A model generated the notes under the pieces. It was given only the letters and a program-made list of their open reading frames with translations, was not told the origin of the DNA and did not search any database. From a virus, in IMG/VR virus record IMGVR_UViG_3300033429_000002, positions 6,072 to 70,071 of that record: a stretch of 64,000 bases of DNA; one strand, given 5' to 3'. The position numbers were made by a program, and so were the translations under genes. How positions within the stretch are numbered: position 1 is the stretch's first letter; each line of letters opens with the position of its first letter. This document shows, in pieces, positions 9,039-17,718 of this stretch.

Positions 9039-9855
9039 TTTACAGCATCTTAATGTATGATAGGTTAACCTAAACAACTAACAACATGATTACATGGAAT
9101 ATATAATAGGAATATTTATTTTAGGTGCTGTAATAGCGATACACGAAATTGGCCACTACATCCCGTCTAAAATATATGGGGTAAAAGTAAAGGAATTCTC
9201 AATTGGCCTGCCTTTTTCGCCAAAAATACTAACATTATTTAAGCATAAGGAAACTGAGTTTACTATCAGGGCTATCCCCTTGGGCGGTTTTATAGAGTTC
9301 CAAGACCATGAAGAAATAAGCAGGCTTCCGCTTATAAAACACGCCGTTGTAACTATTTCTGGTCCACTATTCAACATACTAGCCGGGTATATAATTATAT
9401 TGTCTGTGTTTGTGTTTTTTACTGAGTTGTCGTTAATTGAATCAATATCAAGGGTTAATGAGTTTGTGATATTGGTTGCATCAGGGACATGGGGTTTATT
9501 CATAGACATCCTGCATCTTGGCGACGCGGTAGACGACACAATAGGGCCTATAGGGATCGTTAAATCGACGGGTGATCAGATAAATCTAGGATTTGTTAAG
9601 TCTGTTTTATACTTTTCGTCACTAAATATAGGTGTTGGTTTTTTTAATCTCTTGCCGATCCCGATTCTAGACGGGGGGCAACTTGTACTGATATTTATTG
9701 AGTCCATAACTAGTAAAAAAGTAAGTTCTTATATAAGAACAGCTAGTCTCGCAATCGGGTTAGTTGCTGTTTTGTTGTTGTTGTCAATTACGCTGTTTAA
9801 CGATATAGAATCTAAATGCGATAAAAACAAGTCATATTTACAGATAAGCCAATGA
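8980..9855 (+). repeat. 59-bp direct repeat (8980-9038 and 9797-9855)
   Basis: TTAACGATATAGAAT(T/C)TAAATGCGATAAAAACAAGTCATA(C/T)TTACAGATAAGCCAATGA; 57 of 59 identical. Confidence 0.95.
9094..9855 (+). CDS. Site-2 intramembrane metalloprotease (M50, RseP-like, no PDZ domains)
   Basis: AIHEIGH (HExxH), EFSIG, IPLGGF, ISGPLFN, GPIGI and FNLLPIPILDGG motifs; only 253 aa. Confidence 0.93.
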   Translation: MEYIIGIFILGAVIAIHEIGHYIPSKIYGVKVKEFSIGLPFSPKILTLFKHKETEFTIRAIPLGGFIEFQDHEEISRLPLIKHAVVTISGPLFNILAGYIIILSVFVFFTELSLIESISRVNEFVILVASGTWGLFIDILHLGDAVDDTIGPIGIVKSTGDQINLGFVKSVLYFSSLNIGVGFFNLLPIPILDGGQLVLIFIESITSKKVSSYIRTASLAIGLVAVLLLLSITLFNDIESKCDKNKSYLQISQ

Positions 9856-9887
9856 AGGGATAACCGAAACAATCAACAAAGAGGACA

Positions 9888-10223
9888 ATGGAAAAACTAA
9901 CTTACGATCAAGTGGTGTCAAACTTCACAAAGTCTGCAAACAAAAGAGGAACCGGTACTTTTATAACCCCGGACTTTGGCACCCTTATTATGGCTGTTGT
10001 AGACTCAATCAATGAGAATATATCATGGGAAGGTCTAACAGTTGCGTGTAAAAACAAAGTCATTCTTCCGCATGAATTAAATGTGTTTGAAAGGGATGAA
10101 TTTGAAGCTAATACTAGTTTCGAATGTATCTCGGATATGGACGATATGGTAAAGATACTGCATAGAGACGGCGCTTTTTATGAATCCCCTAAAGAATGGT
10201 TTTATATAGTGAAGGATAAATGA
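9888..10223 (+). CDS. Hypothetical protein
   Basis: 111 aa with GAGGA RBS. Confidence 0.6.
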   Translation: MEKLTYDQVVSNFTKSANKRGTGTFITPDFGTLIMAVVDSINENISWEGLTVACKNKVILPHELNVFERDEFEANTSFECISDMDDMVKILHRDGAFYESPKEWFYIVKDK

Positions 10224-10393
10224 AAGATATTAAAACAAAAGTACGTGAAAACATAAATAGAGAATTTGAAAAGAAAGGAATGATGAAAATGAGTAATGAT
10301 TCGGACATTTTCAACGCAATAGCCGACGGAGTACAGAAGACCGTAAATGATGCGTTTAACGAGATTATAGAATATTATAGGTCATACAGGTAG
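10220..10393 (+). CDS. Small hypothetical protein (57 aa, below ORF-track cutoff)
   Basis: ATGA overlap with upstream stop; MKDIKTKVRENINREF...YYRSYR*. Confidence 0.55.
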   Translation: MKDIKTKVRENINREFEKKGMMKMSNDSDIFNAIADGVQKTVNDAFNEIIEYYRSYR

Positions 10394-10395
10394 AT

Positions 10396-11094
10396 ATGAA
10401 AATACTAACTACAATACTTATACTTATACTATCCCCATTTGGAACTCACAGTGAAGAGTTGACAAAGGCTGATTGGATCGGGTTCTATCTTCGCGATTGC
10501 AGCACCGTGGGGTACAATTACGTATGCAAGCAGAAGTTAGAAAAGGCAATCTCAAGAATGAATCACTATCTTCCTATGGTGACGTTCCAGCTCAGAGAAA
10601 GGAATCTTCCCACTTATTTTGCACTGATACCAATTATTGAATCACATTATTCAAATTTAGCGGTATCCATTGTTAACGGTGAAAAGTTCGCCCTTGGTAA
10701 GTGGCAGGTGAGTTGGAGAAATATAAGAGAGTATCACAAGAGACAGGATTTGACTTTAATGTCTAAAAAGCAGATAATCAGATCAAGACTATGGAGGCAC
10801 CCAGAATTCAATACTAGGGTAGCTACATGGGTATTGAGCGGTTATCATAAAAAATATAAAAACGTGAGGGATACACTTTATGCATATAATGCAGGCAGTA
10901 CGAAGGTTAACGCCTGGATTCGGGGCGAAGCGAAATTACCGGAAGAAACGCAAAACTTCTATATTCAATTTCTCGCTCTTGAGGAGATCGTCAGAAATCA
11001 AGAGAAGTATTCTATTAACGCTGAAGACTCAACAACATATTTAAGATATGTACTCAAAAATAAACTACAAGAGGCTTCAAACTGGTTTAATTAA
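10396..11094 (+). CDS. Lytic transglycosylase (SLT/MltD-like) with signal peptide; endolysin candidate
   Basis: IPIIESHY (catalytic Glu), ALGKWQ, YAYNAG and LPEETQ motifs; N-terminal MKILTTILILILSPF hydrophobic leader. Confidence 0.85.
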   Translation: MKILTTILILILSPFGTHSEELTKADWIGFYLRDCSTVGYNYVCKQKLEKAISRMNHYLPMVTFQLRERNLPTYFALIPIIESHYSNLAVSIVNGEKFALGKWQVSWRNIREYHKRQDLTLMSKKQIIRSRLWRHPEFNTRVATWVLSGYHKKYKNVRDTLYAYNAGSTKVNAWIRGEAKLPEETQNFYIQFLALEEIVRNQEKYSINAEDSTTYLRYVLKNKLQEASNWFN

Positions 11095-11105
11095 GGGGGT
11101 GGTAA

Positions 11106-11510
11106 ATGCTTGAGTTAATAAAAATCATAAAAGAAGTAGAACAAAAACACGGCGTGATGGTCAGGATACATATCGGGTTGTCTGACGACGGTGAGAGCCT
11201 TATTATAAGAGACACTATGGATTGCTCAACAGAAAAAGCATTCTATAATCCAGCAGAAGGCGGGGCTATTATAAATCTGTTTGATGATGGGGAGGAGTCA
11301 GCTAGAATGAGAATAGATGCTGTTTACAGGGCTATGCGCCGTAGTTTTGATGAATTTTTCAAGCAAAACGGCGATGATAAATTACAAAATGGGAGCATAG
11401 GAAAATGGGGCTTTTGCGAAAAGCTTTTCTTTACCAGAAACCCGGATGTTGAGTACTTTAATTCAAAAAAATGGTATGGAAAAAATGAAAAGAAAGGTGA
11501 TATCACTTAA
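11106..11510 (+). CDS. Hypothetical protein
   Basis: 134 aa ORF with G-rich RBS. Confidence 0.6.
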   Translation: MLELIKIIKEVEQKHGVMVRIHIGLSDDGESLIIRDTMDCSTEKAFYNPAEGGAIINLFDDGEESARMRIDAVYRAMRRSFDEFFKQNGDDKLQNGSIGKWGFCEKLFFTRNPDVEYFNSKKWYGKNEKKGDIT

Positions 11511-11745
11511 GAATCAAACTGGTTCAACTGACCCATTGTTGCTACTAAAAAAACAAAGAAAGGCTCTTCAAAAAGCTATGGCGGATCTTGTTATGAAATG
11601 CTACCAGCCATCAATCATTGATGTTTCGGGGCAGGCTATTTATCACAAGTGGTCAAGCGAAAAAGCCGAGAATGCTTTTAAGAAAGCTCAGGCACTATTT
11701 ATTGTTATCAGTAGAAAAATAAAGGAGCAAGATGAACTTTCCTGA
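11446..11745 (+). CDS. Hypothetical basic protein (start uncertain)
   Basis: ORF fills the gap between neighbours. Confidence 0.5.
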   Translation: MLSTLIQKNGMEKMKRKVISLKNQTGSTDPLLLLKKQRKALQKAMADLVMKCYQPSIIDVSGQAIYHKWSSEKAENAFKKAQALFIVISRKIKEQDELS

Positions 11746-12187
11746 ACATCTCAAAGGTGGTATTATTGGGAGCATAGTAGTCACTGCTGGATTTTCGCTT
11801 GTCACTAAAGACCCGGACCACTTAGCCGGTATTTTTAGCTGCTGTCTTTACGGTTCACAGTTTATTGATTTGGATACCCATTCTAAGCCATCACAATTCA
11901 CAGCTTTTGTCTTGACAATTGTAGGGGCGTGGGGTTTGATCATGAAAGAACCGTATATCCCGCTATTTTTAACAACCTCTTTTTGCTTTGTTAAGATATT
12001 CAGACACCGCGGATGGATACACACTTTCACGGTTCCACTAATAGCGTTTTTTATAGCGTACAGGCTACAGTCGTTTTACTTCGTAGCTTTCGGGATGGGA
12101 AACATAATCCACTTATCGATTGATAAAATATGGCCGTGGAAGTTTTCCAATTGGCACGATTTTAGATTCAAAAGGTGGATTAAATAG
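11732..12187 (+). CDS. Membrane-bound metal-dependent hydrolase (YdjM-like)
   Basis: N-terminal H, GSQFIDLD, HRGWIHT and HLSID motifs separated by TM helices. Confidence 0.85.
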   Translation: MNFPEHLKGGIIGSIVVTAGFSLVTKDPDHLAGIFSCCLYGSQFIDLDTHSKPSQFTAFVLTIVGAWGLIMKEPYIPLFLTTSFCFVKIFRHRGWIHTFTVPLIAFFIAYRLQSFYFVAFGMGNIIHLSIDKIWPWKFSNWHDFRFKRWIK

Positions 12188-12326
12188 CATAGTCTCGTGT
12201 CTATTTTCTGATGGATTCTCGCGACATATCCGTATTACGGCGGTTGGGTCTCATAATGCCCAACGGCGGGAGTGCTCCAAGCATAAATCAGTTCACGGGT
12301 AATGATTTGATCATGCGGGACTATGC
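12187..12326 (+). ncRNA. Candidate structured RNA between convergent operons
   Basis: 14-bp closing stem GCATAGTCTCGTGT/ATGCGGGACTATGC with 3 G-U pairs on the + strand; inner stems CTGAT/ATCAG, GGAT/ATCC, GTTGGG/CCCAAC, TGCT/AGCA. Confidence 0.5.
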
Positions 12327-12442
12327 AACTTACTTTTTCTTATCAGGCTTAGCTCTTGACATCCCCTTGTCCTTTGGTTTTTGATCTTTTGATGGGATAA
12401 CGTTGGGCCTGTCTTTTTTCTCTTTCTTTTCTTTACACGCCA

Positions 12443-12790
12443 TTATCTTCTACCTCTTGCTAGTTTTTGTTTTACTGTTAACTTCTTTTTCCACTCTTTG
12501 CCGCCCGAAAATTTACCCTGCATAACTTCCATCATTTTTGGCGCGAACGTGTGATCTCTCTGTTGATAATCTATCCACTCAAGACCGTCCTCAATTCTCT
12601 GAATATGATCCTCTGAAACATAAATATAGTTCGGCCCTGGTAGATTCTTTTTACCTGGGATGATTTGAAACTTATTCTTTTTGTAGATTCTCTCTAATCT
12701 GGCAACCTCTTTCTCGGCTTGGTCTCTTCTGCTGCAATAACATCTATCAAGCCAAATTTTTCTGGTTGTGTCTAAGATCTGTATTATCAT
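12443..12790 (-). CDS. Hypothetical protein
   Basis: 115 aa, coupled to upstream gene. Confidence 0.6.
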   Translation of the reverse strand: MIIQILDTTRKIWLDRCYCSRRDQAEKEVARLERIYKKNKFQIIPGKKNLPGPNYIYVSEDHIQRIEDGLEWIDYQQRDHTFAPKMMEVMQGKFSGGKEWKKKLTVKQKLARGRR

Positions 12791-13419
12791 GTTGTTAATA
12801 GAGTGTTAAGCGTAACTGTTGACGATGCTGGGACTGTTATCCCGCTTTGATCAATCCCAAATGAGGGGAGTTTTATATTAATTGACGCGCCTTGTGGCAA
12901 TACCCAGAACGCTTGGTTTGTTAGCCTGTCATAGCTTGGAAGATATTTTCCAACTTTGAAATATCTAGAATCAGCGTACAGACCTAAATTTGTGGATGGT
13001 GTTGGGATCTCCATATAGTTTTGATTGTTGTTTGCGAACAGGTCAACTACATCTATGCCGCTTTCCCCGTCGCCGTCTGATAGATTTGCCGTAATCTTGC
13101 AGGTACTAGCAGCCCCAAGAGGCTCTACGCTTTCAACCCAACCGCCGAACGTTATTAGTCCGGATTGTTTTTTGGTGGTCGTATCTGCCATTATCCAATG
13201 ATATTCTGTCAATACAGTTGGTGGAGTCGTTATGTTTGACAGCGCAAAATAGAAGTTCCCGGTAGTGCCAATTTCAACACATGCATTCGAGGTTACTGGT
13301 TCGATTGTTCCGCTCCCATTCGGATATAGATCAATTGTCACGTCGTCAGCCGTTGCAAATACTCCATGATCCGAATATACTTTTAATGAACTGATTTCAC
13401 TTAATAGATTTCTTGTCAT
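12787..13419 (-). CDS. Putative virion structural beta-rich protein
   Basis: 210 aa T/S/G-rich, directly after the fibre gene. Confidence 0.55.
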   Translation of the reverse strand: MTRNLLSEISSLKVYSDHGVFATADDVTIDLYPNGSGTIEPVTSNACVEIGTTGNFYFALSNITTPPTVLTEYHWIMADTTTKKQSGLITFGGWVESVEPLGAASTCKITANLSDGDGESGIDVVDLFANNNQNYMEIPTPSTNLGLYADSRYFKVGKYLPSYDRLTNQAFWVLPQGASINIKLPSFGIDQSGITVPASSTVTLNTLLTT

Positions 13420-15807
13420 TTATACACCTTGTAATATTACGTTATCTGGAAGTGTAGCGTGTCCTGAAGTTCTCCAAAATTCCCCAGCGGCCGCCCCGGC
13501 TGCTATTTGAGTAGCTCCTGATTTCAACAAAGTTGTGAAATCGATAGCGGTCCCGCCTGTGTTTACTCTTGGGATTCCCTCGGCCGATAATGTAGACGGA
13601 GTATCTGTTAACGCCGCCCATGATGTTACGCCGCCGCCGCCGCCTCCTCCTCCGATGGCGGCACCCTCCCTTAAATCTTCCGTATCAAATAGAGACCATG
13701 TCGTCCCGTCGGCCTGTAACACCATCGTAAAACGAGCAATCAGGAACCCTGTACCCTTGAATTCTCTTGGTATAGAGTAATTTGAATAGTTTAGCGCGTC
13801 GCTTACTGCAAGATCCGGCGCATTTTTGGCGTATGTACCAGACGGGAGGTTGCACATTAAATGCGAAGTTTCACCGGTCTTGTTTTGTACTCCCCATATC
13901 ACAAATGAGAAACTAAAATTGGCCAGCGTTGCACCCGTCGACGTAAGGGTCTGCGTGTTTAGATTTGTAACAGTCGCATACGGGTTAGCCAAGTTGTTGA
14001 CAACATGTATATCGTCAGTAGGCATTGACTGGGCCGGAAACGTCTGCCTGTGTAGCTGATATATTACGCCGGCGGTGGTAGAAATATACACATTAGTCGG
14101 GAATCCCGACGCCGTTGCTTCAACCCCCGAGTCATGTTTAGCCGGTTCCTGTCTTAATCTCTCCGTTATATGTGGCAAGTGGCCTTGGAATGATACAGTA
14201 TCCTCGATATGATCGTTTATATTTTGGTTCCCGAGCGCTCCGTCTGACTGAGTTATCGCGGCGGTTCTCAAGACAACCCTCGCCACTTTTATATGCTCAG
14301 TAGTGGGCCAGTCTGAAGTAGATAAGGTTAAAACCTTCGTGGACTTGGGGATATAAACAAAATTTAGTTGAGGAACACTGGCTGATCCTGGTGTAAGTGT
14401 TATTGTCTTAGGCGGTGTTGTGTCTAGAGTCGTGAACCCATCGCTAAACATCATGGTCATGTCTTCATGGCCGTTTTGCGGGCTAAGGCTTCCGGTTATG
14501 GTCGTTCCGTTGGATGTAATGAGGAACTTGAAAGTCTCTCTGAATACACCATTCCAGAAATTCAAAATAGTGTCATTTGCGTTATTATCAACCTTCAATG
14601 CAATAGCTCCGAACGTGGCATCGGAGAATACAGACTGACCTATTTGTATGGCGTAATCTGGGAACATTGGCTTGACGTCTGTCAGTTTTCCGTCATTGCC
14701 GGGACCAGCGGCGACCCATAGCGGAACCTGAAGCGCGAACCCTGCGGTATCAAAGTCTCGAACAGCTCCGAAATCCGCGACAAATCCGAAGCCGTCGACA
14801 GCTATGTCGGTTGTAGCGATGCCAATTGCTCCGAATAGTGTCTCATGTGAGGCGGCGTTAGCCTTTGCGACTGTCGGCCTTCCCTGGTAACTTCCTGTTA
14901 CATAGGTAACGTCTCCGTTGCTTATGGCGACCCCAGATCTATTACGCACATAAACAACCATCTCCTCGCCGACTTGTATGGTTGTTCCTAGTCCCGTGTT
15001 AATGTCCAGCGTGAAATCATTATTATTCCAGGTAACGATTCCCTCACCAGATGGTACTCCCGTGGCGTCCTTTGTGAAATTAATATAATTTGTATTTAGT
15101 GGGAGTGTTCCGTCCCCTGGTAGGCCGTTCTGCCAATCTGTTTGCTTGAGCGTGTTGTTTATATTATTTATCAGAGCTTGCCCAACCAAACCACCACCGG
15201 CTACGTACTTAGCCGGTATTGAAATAAGCCCTTTTTTTATTCTTAACTCTAAGTCTTTGACGGTTTTCTTGAGCGCCTTCTCAATCTCTGCCTTGGTTGT
15301 GAATTTTGACAGGTCAAAGTCTAACTCATCCATTGAGACTGTTTTCCCATCTTTTCCCGGTTCACCTTTTTGACCACGCTCACCTTTTTGACCTTGCTTC
15401 CCGTCTTTGCCATCACTACCTGATAATCCTTGTGGTCCTCTTGGACCTTGTGGGCCTGTCAATCCTCTTATTGATTCACCGTCCCTGCCATCTTTTCCGG
15501 GAGCGCCTTTTTCTCCCTGTCTTCCGTCTCTACCATCAACCCCGTCTTTAATTAGTGGCTGTATCTTTTCTATTACCTGAATAGTTACAAGGGATATAAG
15601 GTCTTCGGTTATCTCAGCGTCTTTCCCGTCAATTCCATCCTTTGGTACTGGTATAGTGGCGAAGATATCCTTGATTATCCCCTTAAGATCAAGTCCAGCT
15701 ATAACCTGATTTCTGATTTTAACAGACAAACCACTTCCAAGTATTCTGTCTGCAACTCCCTTCTCTAATTTTTCAAGATCTTTACCGCTCAGTATGAATT
15801 CTGGCAT
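13420..15807 (-). CDS. Collagen-repeat fibre protein (head or tail fibre)
   Basis: About 20 G-X-Y triplets (~15342-15546), a beta-rich body and a poly-Gly linker followed by WAALTDTP; directly after the portal. Confidence 0.75.
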   Translation of the reverse strand: MPEFILSGKDLEKLEKGVADRILGSGLSVKIRNQVIAGLDLKGIIKDIFATIPVPKDGIDGKDAEITEDLISLVTIQVIEKIQPLIKDGVDGRDGRQGEKGAPGKDGRDGESIRGLTGPQGPRGPQGLSGSDGKDGKQGQKGERGQKGEPGKDGKTVSMDELDFDLSKFTTKAEIEKALKKTVKDLELRIKKGLISIPAKYVAGGGLVGQALINNINNTLKQTDWQNGLPGDGTLPLNTNYINFTKDATGVPSGEGIVTWNNNDFTLDINTGLGTTIQVGEEMVVYVRNRSGVAISNGDVTYVTGSYQGRPTVAKANAASHETLFGAIGIATTDIAVDGFGFVADFGAVRDFDTAGFALQVPLWVAAGPGNDGKLTDVKPMFPDYAIQIGQSVFSDATFGAIALKVDNNANDTILNFWNGVFRETFKFLITSNGTTITGSLSPQNGHEDMTMMFSDGFTTLDTTPPKTITLTPGSASVPQLNFVYIPKSTKVLTLSTSDWPTTEHIKVARVVLRTAAITQSDGALGNQNINDHIEDTVSFQGHLPHITERLRQEPAKHDSGVEATASGFPTNVYISTTAGVIYQLHRQTFPAQSMPTDDIHVVNNLANPYATVTNLNTQTLTSTGATLANFSFSFVIWGVQNKTGETSHLMCNLPSGTYAKNAPDLAVSDALNYSNYSIPREFKGTGFLIARFTMVLQADGTTWSLFDTEDLREGAAIGGGGGGGGVTSWAALTDTPSTLSAEGIPRVNTGGTAIDFTTLLKSGATQIAAGAAAGEFWRTSGHATLPDNVILQGV

Positions 15808-17336
15808 TATTCTATCCTTAGCTTAAAGGATTTTTCGTCTTGTGACGTTTCTTCTTTTTCCGGTTCTTCCGGTGTTTCCTCTACTGTTTTTTCTGCGATT
15901 GATTTCTGCATTTCTCTGTCAGCTTCAGCGGCTTCCTGTTCTGAAACCTCCATTTCTTCTAATTCTTCCTCAAACTCTTCCTTATCAAAATCAGGAGTAG
16001 CTTGACTGAATTGTCCTGATCCCCACCTTGCGTTAAGAACTTCTGATTCGCTTGCCCCGAGTGACTCGACATATATTTTATCAGTTTCCGCTGTTTTATT
16101 TTCAAGCTCTGCCTGCTCAATTGGAGTATGGTCGTATGGAGATCCCCACTTGTATTGAATATCATCAATAGGCCATTTTTTACCACGTTCCAGGGAAACT
16201 AGCCTAACCATTTGTCTGACTAGCGGTGTCTGTTCATTGTTTTGGTCTGCTATCTTTTTAGAATACCATGTTTTTCTATCTTCCCCCGTTGATGATCCAC
16301 CGAGTGACCCGGATTCGTTAGAAAACAGTATAGACATTCCTATACCGGTAGCCATTGAAACATTCTGCATTTGTGAATTTGTCATTTCTCCTATCCCAGT
16401 CGTAGGTACTGCTTGTGAAGAAATGTCACCATCAGCGTCTACGATAATGGCATTCATAGAGTTCCTTAATAACATTTGGTTCTGTACATACTCTCTCGTT
16501 TTTTCAAGGTCTGTGATCTTTCGCATGTCAGCAATTTTGAAAACGTCCATCACGAATCTTTGAAATAGTTGACTTTGTGATTGTAGACCGACCTGATACC
16601 CTTTTACAGCATCATATATGATCTGTACTGTTGAAGACGGCCATGTTATTCTCCTCGTTCTATCTCTTAATGATAGCACATCGTCAGAATGATACGCTGG
16701 AAATCTTATTAGACGTGACTCGTGGCAGGTGAAAGACTGGGCTTCCTTGAATCCTTGGATTGTAATCTTGTAGTGCATCGGTTGTCCTGGCTTTTCTTCG
16801 CCGAACAACGGGTACGATGTGATTGGATGTGCGAAGTATCTTTCAACAGGCCAGAATGAATTGACTCTTCGAACCCTTCCTTCATTTAGCGGGTCTTGTG
16901 GGTCTCCTCCATCATCAATATCAGCATATAAAACACCACCTCCGTAATTGTGCTTAATCCCTACCATTTTTCTAGTCAGTGACACCCATTGAAAACGCTC
17001 GTCCATTTCTGACTCGATATCTTGAGCGGCGTCGGTCTTTTCTTTTGATACCAATTCAAGACCGTTTTTTGTGCCGTCATCCATATGTAAATGAATGACT
17101 CTTCTAATAAGAGCGTTTTGATACAGGTGTGTCAATTCAAGGTAGGTGAATTCGTAGGGAGGTAGATATATCGTGTTGAAATTAGGGTCGGTTTCAGGTC
17201 CAAAACTATTATTTGGATTATACCAACCTCCGGAGGGTGATAGTTGCCCGGTTGAGTCCATAGAGCTTGCCAGTGCTGCAAGTTCCGCGTTCTTAGCTTT
17301 TAATTCTCGCTTGAGTCGTGCCTTTGTTTTTGCCAT
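15807..17336 (-). CDS. Portal protein (DUF1073 family)
   Basis: LYQNALIRRVI, YGGGVL, HESRLIRF, ATGIGMSILF and GEDRKTWY motifs; acidic C-terminal tail. Confidence 0.9.
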   Translation of the reverse strand: MAKTKARLKRELKAKNAELAALASSMDSTGQLSPSGGWYNPNNSFGPETDPNFNTIYLPPYEFTYLELTHLYQNALIRRVIHLHMDDGTKNGLELVSKEKTDAAQDIESEMDERFQWVSLTRKMVGIKHNYGGGVLYADIDDGGDPQDPLNEGRVRRVNSFWPVERYFAHPITSYPLFGEEKPGQPMHYKITIQGFKEAQSFTCHESRLIRFPAYHSDDVLSLRDRTRRITWPSSTVQIIYDAVKGYQVGLQSQSQLFQRFVMDVFKIADMRKITDLEKTREYVQNQMLLRNSMNAIIVDADGDISSQAVPTTGIGEMTNSQMQNVSMATGIGMSILFSNESGSLGGSSTGEDRKTWYSKKIADQNNEQTPLVRQMVRLVSLERGKKWPIDDIQYKWGSPYDHTPIEQAELENKTAETDKIYVESLGASESEVLNARWGSGQFSQATPDFDKEEFEEELEEMEVSEQEAAEADREMQKSIAEKTVEETPEEPEKEETSQDEKSFKLRIE

Positions 17337-17368
17337 AGACTATTTTTATTTTGTTTGTGTATAGTCTA

Positions 17369-17404
17369 ATGGTATTTTTATTCTGTCTTTCTGTCCAATT
17401 TCAC
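17369..17404 (-). promoter_or_regulatory. Putative late promoter GTGAAAT-TGGACA-N17-TACCAT
   Basis: Same 15-bp element as 7710-7724, upstream of the portal gene. Confidence 0.6.
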
Positions 17405-17718
17405 GGCTAGTTTACTTTAAGTCAACCAAAGTGTATAAGGAAATAGACCCCGGCAACAACCGAAATGATCATAATAACGGCTAGTTTAGTCGACTTGGTT
17501 GCTATCTTCATGATAGCTAGCCCCAAAATCACGTACGCCAAAGCTAACTCTATCATCCTATTGTATCATCTTTTATACTTATGTTGTATTTTTGTTCGAA
17601 ATAATCGCACACAACCAGCCCCTTAAAATCAACGAATTGATAGACCGCTCTTGAAACATACTCCAATAAGTTGTACGTTTCGCAAAATTCCTTCTTAGGA
17701 CAGTTGTTGTTTATGCAT

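Noticed and set aside
10353-10374. Third copy of the 59-bp repeat (GTTTAACGAGATTATAGAAT)
   Set aside because: Short, gapped, AT-rich similarity only.
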